From the NCBI RefSeq assembly GCF_037042905.1, contig NC_087245.1, positions 35,342,001 to 35,406,000 of the forward strand: 64,000 bases of DNA, written 5' to 3'. The DNA comes from Lytechinus pictus (Eukaryota). Position numbers and translations under genes: made by a program. Each line of letters starts with the position of its first letter. Positions within the stretch are counted from its first letter, which is position 1. Of the stretch, positions 15,301-24,892 are shown piece after piece. The notes beneath the pieces are model-generated. The model was not told the DNA's origin, did not search any database, and saw only the letters and a list, made by a program, of their open reading frames with translations.

Positions 15301-18300
15301 ATACACGGGAAAAATCAAACTTCTCCTATAAAAGGAGAAAAGTTTGCGATGCAGACTAGACTCTTCTCCTTTTATAGAAGTTTGTATTTTCCGGTTTATG
15401 CGAGCGTGGCGATCGAATGGCATTTAAGGGAATAGGTAAGTGCGGCGCATCTGAAGTAGATTGAAGATGATGCTGAATACAGTCAAATTTATATGATCAA
15501 AAACATCTTACCATTTTCTGTTTTGATCTTCTTCACCCCCGTTTCTCCTCCCTCTGTTCCCTCCTCCTCTTCCATTTTGCGTTTGGGACTTGCAACTGGA
15601 GATACAGAAGAAAAAAATAAGACAGTTTTGATTACTTACTTATTAAACTACCGGTATACTGATTATGGAAGGGAAGAAAAAAGATATTTAACTTCCATAG
15701 TGATTTGGATGTTGGTATTTTTATGGAGTGAAGCTGAGGAAAGACAACATATTACCAGGGTAGTATGTAGTAATACATGTAAAATTTGGTCATCATACCA
15801 GAATTCAGAAGGTTAATATTTGTTATACATCACAGAATTGTTTTCTTTATAAAATGCACATAGCAGTTTTGCATATCAGATTTGATTGTTAATTTGTAAT
15901 ATTGTGAAAATATCTCGGTCAATCCATGTCAAATCAACCAATTTTCAGACAATTTGTCACCCGACCACTCAATTTTTTTTTAAAACTCACAACAAATATT
16001 CTCCCAAGTGTCTGACAGAAAATTCCAAAATATTTCGCCCCAAGGTCAAATGGTTGCTGAGATGCAGCCTCCCTTAGCATGGTCAAAGAACTGACCAAGC
16101 AAGTGGAACAGATATTGAATAAATATTCACAAAAGAAAACACTCATATGAAAATAAAATACTCTGTCCATTGACCAAAATGACAATTTACCATGATCTTG
16201 TGACCTAAAATGTTTGCAAAACAATCATTCATACTTGATTGTCCTTATGTCTATGTTTCATGAACTACATGTGTAGATCCAATTCTAAGTTATGATGCCA
16301 TTCAACAAATACCCCGAACACGGCCAAAGTTCATTGACCTTAAATGACCTTTAATCTTGGTCATGTGACCTGAAATGCGCACAGGATGTTCAGGGATACA
16401 TGGCTACTCTTATGTTCAAGTTTCATGAACTAGATCCATAAACTTTTAAAGTTATGATGACAATTTCAAAAATACCCCAACATTATCAAAGTTCTTTGAC
16501 CCTAAATGACCATTGACCTTGGTCATGTGACCTAAAACGTACATAGGATATTCAGGGATACACGGTTAATCTTATGTCTAAGTTTCATGAACTAGATCCA
16601 AAAAACTTTTTAAGGTATGATGACAATTCCCCAACATTATCAAAGTTAATTGACCCTAAATGACCTTTGACCTTGGTCATGTGACCTGAAACTCGCCCAG
16701 GATGTTCAGGGATACATAATTGCTCTTATGTCTAAGTTTCATGAACTAGAATTCAAATATTAAAGTTATGATGACCATTCCACAATTCCCCCAACATGGA
16801 CAAAGTTCATTGACCCTTTGACCTTGGTAATGTGACCTTAAACTAAGGCAGGATCTTCAGTGATACACTATTACCCTTATGTATAAGTTTTATGAACGAG
16901 GTCCATATACAGTCCGACCTCTCCTATTTTACTGACTGTAGGCTCAAACATGATAGATGGCGCTGTCCGTATTGGACCTAGCGCTAGCTAGCGAGACATG
17001 TGTTATTTTTTACCAGGGGAAAAAAGAGAATGTGATGAAATGTTTGCGCTGCGCCCTGATTTACTGGAAAATTATCCTGTCTAATTTATTTTGGTGATTT
17101 GGGTGAGATTTTTTCATGGAAAATAATGTGGTTGTAAGTAGACTATTGAAAAATATAAGTAATCAAAGTGAGTTTGCGTAGGATTGAGTTAAGATTGAAA
17201 TCTCATTTCCACATGCATTAGATTGAATTGAAAACAAAAATCTCAGCAAGTGAGCGTCCGGAAAATAGAGAGATCCGGATAAGGGGAGGCCGGATAAGAG
17301 AGGTCGGACTGTAATATCAAAGTTATGACAACATTTCAAAATTTTAAGCCTCGGTTAAAGAATTCGATATTGATTACCCCAACATGGTCTAAGTTCATTG
17401 ACCCTAAATGACCTTTGACCTTGGTTCAGTAATACTTGATTTCTCTTATCAGGGGTGTGAGTGGTCGCAAATAAAAAGATCTGAAAAAAGCTGAGGAGTG
17501 TTGAAAAAGTCTGAAATAGAAAGAGCTCCCATACTTTTTGTACAGAGGAAGGCCAAAAATAAGCCGAAATTAAGCTGAAAATCAAAACAACAAAAATCTG
17601 AAATCAGATACAAATCTGAACTCTCACACCCCTGTCTTATGTCCAAGTTTCATGAACGAGGTCCATCTACTTTCTAAGTTATGATTACATTTCAAAAACT
17701 TAACCTTGGTTAAGATTTCAATGTTGACGATGCCGCCTCCGCTGAAAAAGCGGCGCCTATAGTCTCGCTCTGCTATGCAGGCAAGACGATAAAACCCCTG
17801 CGAAAATAACACCTTCTACAGCACCCCAACATGGCCAAAGTACATTAACCTTCAACTTATGCAGGATGTTCGCTGATACTTGATTACTCCTATGTCCAAG
17901 TTTCATGAACTAGATCCATTTAATTTTAATGTTATATTTCAAAATCTTAACTTTGATTTTGTTTTGATTCCCCATACATAATCTACGTTCATTGACCCTA
18001 AATGACCGTTGACCTTGGTCATGTGACCTTAGATCACACAGATTCAGTGATGCTTGACTACTCTTATTTCCAAGTTTTCTGAACTACAGTAGATCCATAA
18101 ACTTTAAGAGCTATGATGAAAATTAAGTCTAATACGACTCAAAATGACCTTTGACCTTGGTCATGTGACCTAAAACTCTGGCAGGATGTTAAGTAATTAC
18201 CCTTACATCCTAGTTTCATAGGTCCATATACTTATGACAACATTTCAAAAACTGAACCTTACAACTGTAGGTTAAGATTTCAATGTTGACAAAGCCAAAA

Positions 18301-21300
18301 ATAACAATAAACAAAATACAAAGAGGTTCATAAACAATAGTGGGTGATTTTGCGATCAATGAAACGCAATATCCTTTTTTTTACCCATAGATGATCATGA
18401 CCGCTGATGTAACCTTTGTAGTTATCAAGATAATTTGTTCCAATTAATAATAAACCCTTTTTTAAAACCAAGGTTAGCCAATTAAGTTACAACAAGAGTG
18501 TCGCTAAGGCGAGCACATGGGCAGTTCCACGGTTACGGAGTGACATTCAGAAACAAGTTTTTAGCACTCAAACAAAGATATCACCCATATTTAAATAGTT
18601 CTTTGCAAAGAAATGGTGCCTACATGTAACAGTAGTTGCTGAAACCCACTTTTCAAAATAATAGCATTTGTTATTTTGATCCACTGAATTAATGAGATAT
18701 GAATATTCATAAACATGGTTACGGAGTGACGTAAAATGGACATGCATATTTGAGGAGAAAACATATTGCTCAAACTCTGTGAACTTTAAATGGCTATCAC
18801 AATGTTGAGTTATTGATTGGATTTTATGTTGTTCTAGCTTTAAAGATCCAGACCGGACCCGAAAATGAAATTGATAAATTATATACCAATCGAAAGCTTA
18901 TAAGCTACTAAATACAGCAAGGTATGCTTTATGCATTTTCACCGCTTCCCAGCTGAGTATTTTGCTTGTGAATATTCCAATTATCGGGCTTCGAACCCCG
19001 CTTAGAAAATAGGCTTTATTGTGCTTTTCACCTGCCTCGAGACCGTGACGTCACGTTGTGTAAGAAGCGTCGTGATTCCATAGGTTTGTACACAGAAAAA
19101 CTGGGTGATTTTTTTGCTTTCCAGATAACGCATTTCATTCTCTTCACTTCTACCACAGAGGGATATCACATATATTTTTACCCACAAGCTTGAATTTATG
19201 AAATCTACAGTTTTGAACTAGTTTTTGCCATATTTTATTTCCTGCTTATTTGGCGCAGATTTCAATTCTATCTGCATTTAGATTATGTATAACAACTTTT
19301 CCTGACATAGCAATTTAGGCCCAATAAGAGCCAAACAAAGAAATCACAAAAAAGGTAGTGAATAGTTGTAGGTTTACAACAATTTGAACAGTGAATAATT
19401 TTGAGTGCCATTTTCATCTGAAAACGAAAACAAAATATGGATTCATAACATGGAAATGGAAGGAAATACCCAATGCTTTTGTACACAAACCTATGGAATC
19501 ACAACCCTCCTGACACAACGTGACGTCATCATTTCCAGGCGACGTGGGGGTGCTCAATCGAAGCGTACTTTGGAGGAGCAGTTTCTTTGATTTTTATTTA
19601 ATATTTGTCAGAAATGGAAGGATATATATGTAATATTTTTGGTATATTTGTATTGTATGAATCATTACCTTTATTTTGATATATGACTGTTTTTACACCG
19701 GTCAGGGTCTTTAATATGCTGCATTACATTAAAAAATTTGTGTATTTTTTCATTAATTACAACTTAAAACATAAACCCATACCCGGTTACGGAGTGACAT
19801 CTGAAATATTCACACACAGGCAACGTAAAATGAACTTATATTTTAAAATTTTCTTTTGATATGATGTAAAATGATGACCTTCAGATTATCCAAAAGAAGA
19901 TTTTACAAAACAAGCAATAGTTTTCTGTTAAATTGAAATTAAGTAAAAAACAATATGTAGTCCCATGTATAGATTTTTTGTATGGTTTGGATTCTCCTAT
20001 AAAGAGATACGTAAGAAAAAAATTTGTAGCTAATTATGTTCCCCTTTTGTATTTATGAAATCCCATATGAGTTTTGATAGAAAAATTTGATCCAGATTTG
20101 AAATAGAGCCAATATGGAATTTTGGAAAATGTCCCCTTTTGCTTGGAATTGCCCACATAATACGCCTGCCTGTAACGTGGAAAATTGAGTTATTGGTCAA
20201 GCAAGAAAAGTGGACGGTGGCAACTTCACATTTGACCTTCTGACCTCAAAATCAATAAAATGGCTAAAATCTATGCTAGTATCATACACACCAAATAATA
20301 TGAGCCTAGGTTAAGTTAAACTAAAGTTATTGCATTTACAAGGACTTCAGAAGAGTAAGATGAAAACATGTCAGTGTGACCTTGACCTTTTGACCTCAAA
20401 ATGAATAGACTTCCTGGGATACATGCTAGTATCATACACACCAAATTATATGAGCCTAGGTTAAGTTTAACTGAAGTTATCACGTTAACAAGGACTGCAG
20501 GGTATTGATAAAAACATGTCAGTGTGACCTTTGAACTTTTGACCTCAAAATCATTGGCTTCCTGATATCCATGCTAGTATCATACACACCAAATTATATG
20601 AGCCTAGGTTAAGTTAAACTGAAGTTATCGTGTTTACAAGGACTGCAGAAGGGTAAGATGAAAACATGTCACTGTGAGCTTGACCTTTGACCTCAAAATC
20701 AATAGGCTTCCTGGGATCCATGCTAGTATCATACACACCAAATTATTTGAGCCTAGGTTAAGTCAAACTAAAGTTATCGCGTTTACAAGGAAAAGTTAAC
20801 GGACGGACAGCGAGCATGATACCATAATACGTCCCTCTAGGACGGGCATATAAAAAAAAGTTCAGGAAAAGTTATATTACTAGGTATGAAGCTTAGATTA
20901 GGCGGGAGATTAGAACATTATTTTTCAAACATTGTTATGATTTTAAAATGATAAAAAAATCCCCTAAAATAACAATACAGTCTACATCTACCTTTAGCTT
21001 AAAACATTTTATTTGTAGTAACATCTTTAAAAATCAATTTCAGAACAAAACTAGAAATTTGATGTGTCCAGAGGACACAGATGCCCCTGCTTAACATGAT
21101 CAGAAATTCATTCAATATGATTGAACTTAATATTGTGCAAAAAAAAAATTGGAAAAAAATAATGAACAAATTTAGACCTTTGACCTGAAGACTCACCCTT
21201 TCCATAATAATCTCTCACAGAAGATATGACAGTCAGGTCATTTGATGTGACCTATCTTTTGGTGTCATCTACCCAGACACGTAACATTTTTAATATCTGG

Positions 21301-23381
21301 TGAATATTTCCAAAGTTATCATGAGGAAACCAACTCGCATATATAATGAGCTGTGACCTATTGAATTGAATTGGTATGGTTTATTGAAAGAAAAAAAATC
21401 AAACAGGCAGCTCACAGGCTGAAAATGTTCAATTTACAAGCAAAAAATCAACAGATATAGTATAATTATACAACGGTAGAGATAAAACATAAATTGAATT
21501 AACATTGATAAAATGTCAAATGCAATTGATAGAAATGACAATAAATTGATTCGAACATAGCCTGTATTTTGGTGTCATCTACCTACACACCCTAATTTTT
21601 TAAAAATCTGTTGAATACTTCATAAGGTGGAAACAAACTTGCATATTTAATGAGCTGTGACCTTTGACCTGCGGACTCAGAATTCAAACTTAGCCTGGCT
21701 GTATTTTGGTGTCATCTACCTACACACCAAATTTTTTAAAAATCCATTAAATACTTTTTGAGTTATTGCGCAGAAACCAAGTGGGGGACGGACGGACGGG
21801 GGCAATGCTTAATGCCCCTCCAGACTTCGTCTGCGGGGGCATAAAAAAGTAAAGGAAAAGTGATATTACTAGGTCTCTGCCAAACTTTGTTCAGGTGAGA
21901 CAAAAAATGAAGCTTAGATTAGGCAGGAGATTAGAACATTATTTTTCAAACATCGTTATGATTTTACAATGAAAAAAAATCCCCCAAAATAACAATACAG
22001 TCTACATTTACCTTTAGCTTAAAAGCAACATCTTTAAAAATAAATTTCTAAAACAAAACCACAAAAGACAAAGTAAATTGGACATGTTGAATGAATTATT
22101 TTATTCTAGACTAAGCCTAGATCTTTATTTCAATTATTATGACATAATTTAACCCCCCCCCAAAAAAAAAACATCAAGTTTATATATCATGATGATGATC
22201 TGTATTTAAAAAAGGGGGAGGCCAAAATTCAAGTAGATCTAATGATCACTCCAGTGATGCATTTGAAGTTTGAATTGAAGCAAAGCAATAGAATTGAAGT
22301 TGATTGTAGTTTCTACCTCAGTTAGACCCTGCTCAAAGAATAAATAATGGTTTTGCCCACAAAACGGGGGGTTGACTGCCAGAACGGTACCACAACGCAC
22401 CGCCCGACGACGGAGGAGGAGCCGATGAATGAATGGGCAGTACAGGGTCTACTGACCACAAAATATTTCTTACTGGTCACTTCCAACAAACAATGTCAAA
22501 ACCTAACGAATAGAGCACTACAAAATCGCTCCAACAATACCTAAAATCTTAACTAGCGATAGTATTCGAGAGTCAAAGGCAAAGCTGAAAGTAAACATTC
22601 TGAAAATGAGAACATTCGCGAACAACGTCACGTACCGGTATGAGAAAATACCACACGACATTCACAAGGATATTCTGTTCACGTCATAGCCGCGCCATCG
22701 CACGAGAGTAAGCCCCGCCCGCCCGGGGGCTGCTACTCCCTGGCATTGAAAATAAGAACGGCAGCGACATGGCTGACAAACAAGCTCGTTCGATAATGCG
22801 GCGACCATGCCGCAGCACTGCGGGCTTTTCAGCTCAGCCCGTTACACAGGGATGCCCGGGAATTTGATCAAGTCACGGGTTTCACGACTCGCCAGCGTGG
22901 GGCGACGTCCGCGCCGCTACACACGCGGCGTGCGTCAATCAAACTTGCTGGCTCATTAACAAATTCATGGAAGAACATCAATATTTGCAAGTCTTAATCT
23001 CAACATGCTCAAAATATTAAGAAACAGCAACAATTACTGATGGATACATAACTACCATAGATATGATTAGAATATAAACAAATTGTAATTTCTGATAAAA
23101 TTAACAGAAAACGGTCTATTTCCATACCGGAACTTCGACGCACAAAAGCTGATGAGCGGATTCCTATGCTAACATACCCGAGACTTACCCGGCCATCTTG
23201 ATTGCTGAATCGGCTAATAAAATCGCATATAACATAAAAATGACGAAATATTTCTAAGAGGGAATGTAGCGAAAATGACCTCACAAATATGAACTACAAT
23301 CTGGTAATAATGAAGTAAATATATTTCACAAACACACGCAAAAATACGGAATTAAAATGTCCACTTACTTTCAGCGTCCAT
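229..23381 (-). CDS. UBTF: Nucleolar transcription factor UBF (HMG-box), 5' part. Exons 23369-23381, 15512-15595, 14647-14825, 11794-11877, 11188-11343, 8459-8523, 7827-7956, 4550-4660, 3526-3653, 2282-2423, 979-1020, 229-344; gene continues beyond the left edge
   Basis: All introns are GT-AG with matching phases. Peptides SKLDWNLVQFGTYTAEDCKNEW-IRKYKTL, HPDMPKKPLTPFF, DDHPD, WNALSERKRMKWI and GRPSKPPMTAYSLFC follow the vertebrate UBF dimerisation domain and HMG boxes 1-3 in order. Confidence 0.93.
979..1020 (-). CDS. UBTF: UBF exon (MKEHYERELEKYIE)
   Basis: HMG helix-3 pattern; CAG acceptor, GTAAAT donor, phase 0-0. Confidence 0.85.
1950..2232. mobile_element. MITE, same family as 42772-43050 in opposite orientation
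   Basis: TIR GGCCCCG.CTTACAAAGAGTT / AACTCTTTGT.AGACGGG. Confidence 0.75.
2282..2423 (-). CDS. UBTF: UBF exon, HMG box 3
   Basis: TAYSLFCSEML...WSQLSDKGKAEYKMKAAR; CAG acceptor, GTAAGT donor. Confidence 0.92.
2673..3097. mobile_element. MITE with TA flanks
   Basis: ~38 bp TIR CCGTGTTTACACG..GGTTCAGAACC; absent from the duplicate copy of the host sequence at 2408-2594. Confidence 0.85.
3526..3653 (-). CDS. UBTF: UBF exon, linker to HMG box 3
   Basis: KAMVTFIENHP...LLTKKE...GRPSKPP; CAG acceptor, GTAAG donor. Confidence 0.9.
4550..4660 (-). CDS. UBTF: UBF exon, 111 bp, distal HMG box 2
   Basis: VTKGEAESKMRQEWNALSERKRMKWILASIAEKPNYD; phase 0-0; GTGAGT donor. Confidence 0.92.
5095..7605. mobile_element. 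piggyBac-like non-autonomous element with nested insertions
   Basis: TTAA on both flanks; TIR CCCTAAAAGGACTGGG / CCCAGTCCTATTAGGG; subterminal GGGGCCA..TGGCCCC hairpins. Confidence 0.8.
7827..7956 (-). CDS. UBTF: UBF exon, linker and start of HMG box 2
   Basis: DDHPDYKAQLK...PTPYKLY...NPQ; TTTAG acceptor, CAG|GTAAT donor. Confidence 0.9.
8459..8523 (-). CDS. UBTF: UBF exon, HMG box 1 helix 3 (NKYFQRYEIETRAYEQAMEKF)
   Basis: Too short for the ORF track; CAG acceptor, GTGAGT donor, phase 0-2 bridges its neighbours exactly. Confidence 0.88.
11188..11343 (-). CDS. UBTF: UBF exon, HMG box 1
   Basis: VHPDMPKKPLTPFFMFY...KFKELQEKKR; CAG/GT boundaries. Confidence 0.93.
11794..11877 (-). CDS. UBTF: UBF exon (IRKYKTLADVANEAAALVQTPNYIIKKL)
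   Basis: CAG acceptor, GTAAG donor, phase 0-0. Confidence 0.9.
12768..14288. mobile_element. piggyBac-like MITE carrying a nested modular element
   Basis: CCCTAA...TTAGGG ends, degenerate TTAA flanks, repeated GCTGATTCAGCCCC motifs. Confidence 0.6.
12772..13590 (+). mobile_element. Helentron-associated (pearl/DINE-like) modular element
   Basis: AACAAG start with subterminal GTCTCGCC, ~5 tandem ~120-bp GACCTTTGACC core units, (GACG)n, 3' hairpin GTCTCGCC..GGCGAGAC. Confidence 0.75.
14647..14825 (-). CDS. UBTF: UBF exon, N-terminal dimerisation domain
   Basis: GLKFLLQDRLTLIASIK...DWNLVQF...CKNEWNSIQAE; TAG acceptor, GTAGAT donor. Confidence 0.9.
15259..15441. mobile_element. Palindromic MITE
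   Basis: ACTTACCTATTCCCTTAAATGCCAT / ATGGCATTTAAGGGAATAGGTAAGT; near full-length fold-back. Confidence 0.8.
15512..15595 (-). CDS. UBTF: UBF exon (IASPKRKMEEEEGTEGGETGVKKIKTEN), NLS-like basic clusters
   Basis: TCCAG acceptor, G|GTAAG donor, phase 1-1. Confidence 0.8.
16910..17311. mobile_element. Tc1/mariner-pogo-like MITE
   Basis: TA TSD; TIR CAGTCCGACCTCTC. Confidence 0.85.
17450..17634. mobile_element. hAT-like MITE with a 6-bp TSD
   Basis: TIR CAGGGGTGTGAG; TCTTAT duplicated on both flanks. Confidence 0.8.
18519..20154. mobile_element. Non-autonomous DNA transposon with a 4-bp TSD (Sola-like)
   Basis: TIR GGGCAGTTCCA / TGGAATTGCCC; TSD ACAT at 18515-18 and 20155-58. Confidence 0.7.
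18844..19710. mobile_element. TTAA-flanked MITE (Kolobok-like) nested in the Sola-like element
   Basis: TTAA flanks; TIR AGATCCAGACCGG / CCGGTCAGGGTCT; internal ~55 bp inverted repeat at 19045-19100 / 19477-19530. Confidence 0.7.
20852..22060 (+). repeat. ~200-bp direct duplication (20852-21050 and 21843-22060)
   Basis: atgaagcttagattaggc.ggagattagaacattatttttcaaacat...cctttagcttaaaa occurs twice. Confidence 0.85.
21049..21846 (+). mobile_element. Helentron-associated modular element
   Basis: AACTAG head with GATGCCCC, core repeats, (GGAC)n, hairpin atgcccc..ggggcat, A tail. Confidence 0.65.
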
Positions 23382-24760
23382 GATGGCTGTCTCTAGAACT
23401 TCTTGATTCGCCCCAACGCTCTCGGGTCCCGACCCGCTTCCTCCGCGCCCGCTATCCAGCGCGGTGTCTATCGGCTGCATAGGCGCCAGGATCATCACGG
23501 TACGCACCGAGAACAAAAAATAGTACCCTTGAAAAAATTATATAATAACAAATCTAATGAGTGTTTATGACTTTGGGTAGTTATTGACTTAATTAATTCC
23601 ACATCACTGATTTCACACACAAAGATCTTCGGCTGGCAGAGTTCAATATTTAATTTTGATCCCCTCGGCTAGCTTTACTCACGTGGACTATATTAATTAG
23701 GCCGCTATCTACAACCTCGTTCACGAATATTGTTTTGATTTATATTTAAAACACGGCATGCACAACGCAGCCCGTCAACTAATGTTTCAATCGGAGTGAC
23801 CAAGGATGACACTCTTGTTTACGAAATCGATCAGTAAACACGCAACGACCAATAGAATCTCAAAGATTTACATAAATTATCATAAATCATTCAAGCGAAT
23901 GTGACGTACACAAGATCGCGCATTTACATCGTTTGTCGTTGATAAGCAGCCGCACCACCGCCTAACCATCAGGCAGGCGTCAGGCTAGGCCAGGCGGGCA
24001 AACCATGAGACTCGTGATATCTGCCCGCCTCAACTGCCCGCGCCAAAAATCGAGGGAGTGCGATAAGAGGTCAACCAACGTCATGTCATACGAGCAGCAG
24101 GGTCGTCTGCTACGCACCCTAAATGGAAAACGTTGTCAGAATTTACCGTAGAGATCTAACTTACTATATGCTTAACGTTAGTTATTTCTAAATCCTACGT
24201 AGGACGGTCTGGTACATGTTTAACTTTTTTCAGTTCTGAAATAAAACATGCTAATTCCCTTACATAAAAAAAACCTCCATTCAGTTGAGCTGCGCTTGTG
24301 AGGAGCGCATCGCATCATGCAGCTAGCCTGCACTGTCGATGTCGAGCTGTCCCACTCCCAGCTGGTGCCTACTTCAGTACTGTACGTATACAGGCATGCA
24401 GCTGCAGTGACAGTGCAGAACCAACAATACACTAACAGTTCGAGCACTGTACGGTATCCCCTGACCCTTGGACAGGAGCGCGAGCGAGCAGGGAGCGCCC
24501 TTGGACTTGTTGTAGTGGCGAAAGGGAGGAGGGACCCATCTTAGCTTTCCTGGGAATGGGCACGGCTTGGCCTTGCCAGGCGGACCGCCTGGCCCTGGAC
24601 GTCGGACTGACTGATGATCGCCGGCCTAAGCCGAGGCTAAGTAAGGGCTTAAGCAGAAGAAGGCAAGACATTTCACGATAACTGCCTGGATAATAAATAA
24701 GATAAGATATCTAAATTGTGAAGTGTGATCTAAAAACTTCTGGAGTTTTGCTGGACAAGG
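22350..24760. promoter_or_regulatory. CpG-rich bidirectional promoter region shared by the UBF and GGT7-like genes
   Basis: Marked CpG/GC enrichment against an AT-rich background; GC boxes, CCAAT (~23849) and CRE-like TGACGT; divergent ATGs at 23381 and 24763. Confidence 0.7.
23369..23381 (-). CDS. UBTF: UBF first coding exon (MDAE)
   Basis: Strong start context GCCATCATGG, donor A|GTAAGT, phase 1 matches the next exon, lies in the CpG-rich region. Confidence 0.75.
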
Positions 24761-24762
24761 AC

Positions 24763-24892
24763 ATGAAGAACTCTGGAACTGGAAGTGAGATGAAGGAGGT
24801 TAACTTCTCTTTGTTGAAGCAGGATGAGGATTCTGATGATCTCCTTTATGACTCTGTCAATTCTCTTGAAATTGATCAACTGAATCTATCAG
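24763..24892 (+). CDS. GGT7: GGT7-like exon 1 (acidic cytoplasmic tail)
   Basis: ATG in an open frame at the edge of the CpG region; CAG|GTATG donor; phase 1 matches exon 2 22.7 kb downstream. Confidence 0.7.

Larger units (their letters stand above)
16098..17795 (+). mobile_element. GACCTTTGACC tandem-core modular element (same family as ~5325-5970, ~14320-14520, ~42180-42520, ~60270-60605)
   Basis: Tandem cores gaccctaaatgacctttgaccttggtcatgtgacc; 3' hairpin gtctcgc..gcaagac. Confidence 0.7.
18491..20852 (+). mobile_element. Helentron-associated modular element interrupted by a nested DNA transposon
   Basis: AACAAG head, ~4 tandem ~150 bp cores (20210-20790), GACG microsatellite, hairpin cgtcc..ggacg, A tail. 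Confidence 0.7.

Noticed and set aside
22770..22870. Short plus-strand ORF MADKQARS.. in the CpG region
   Set aside because: Only about 32 codons, with no donor and no homology.
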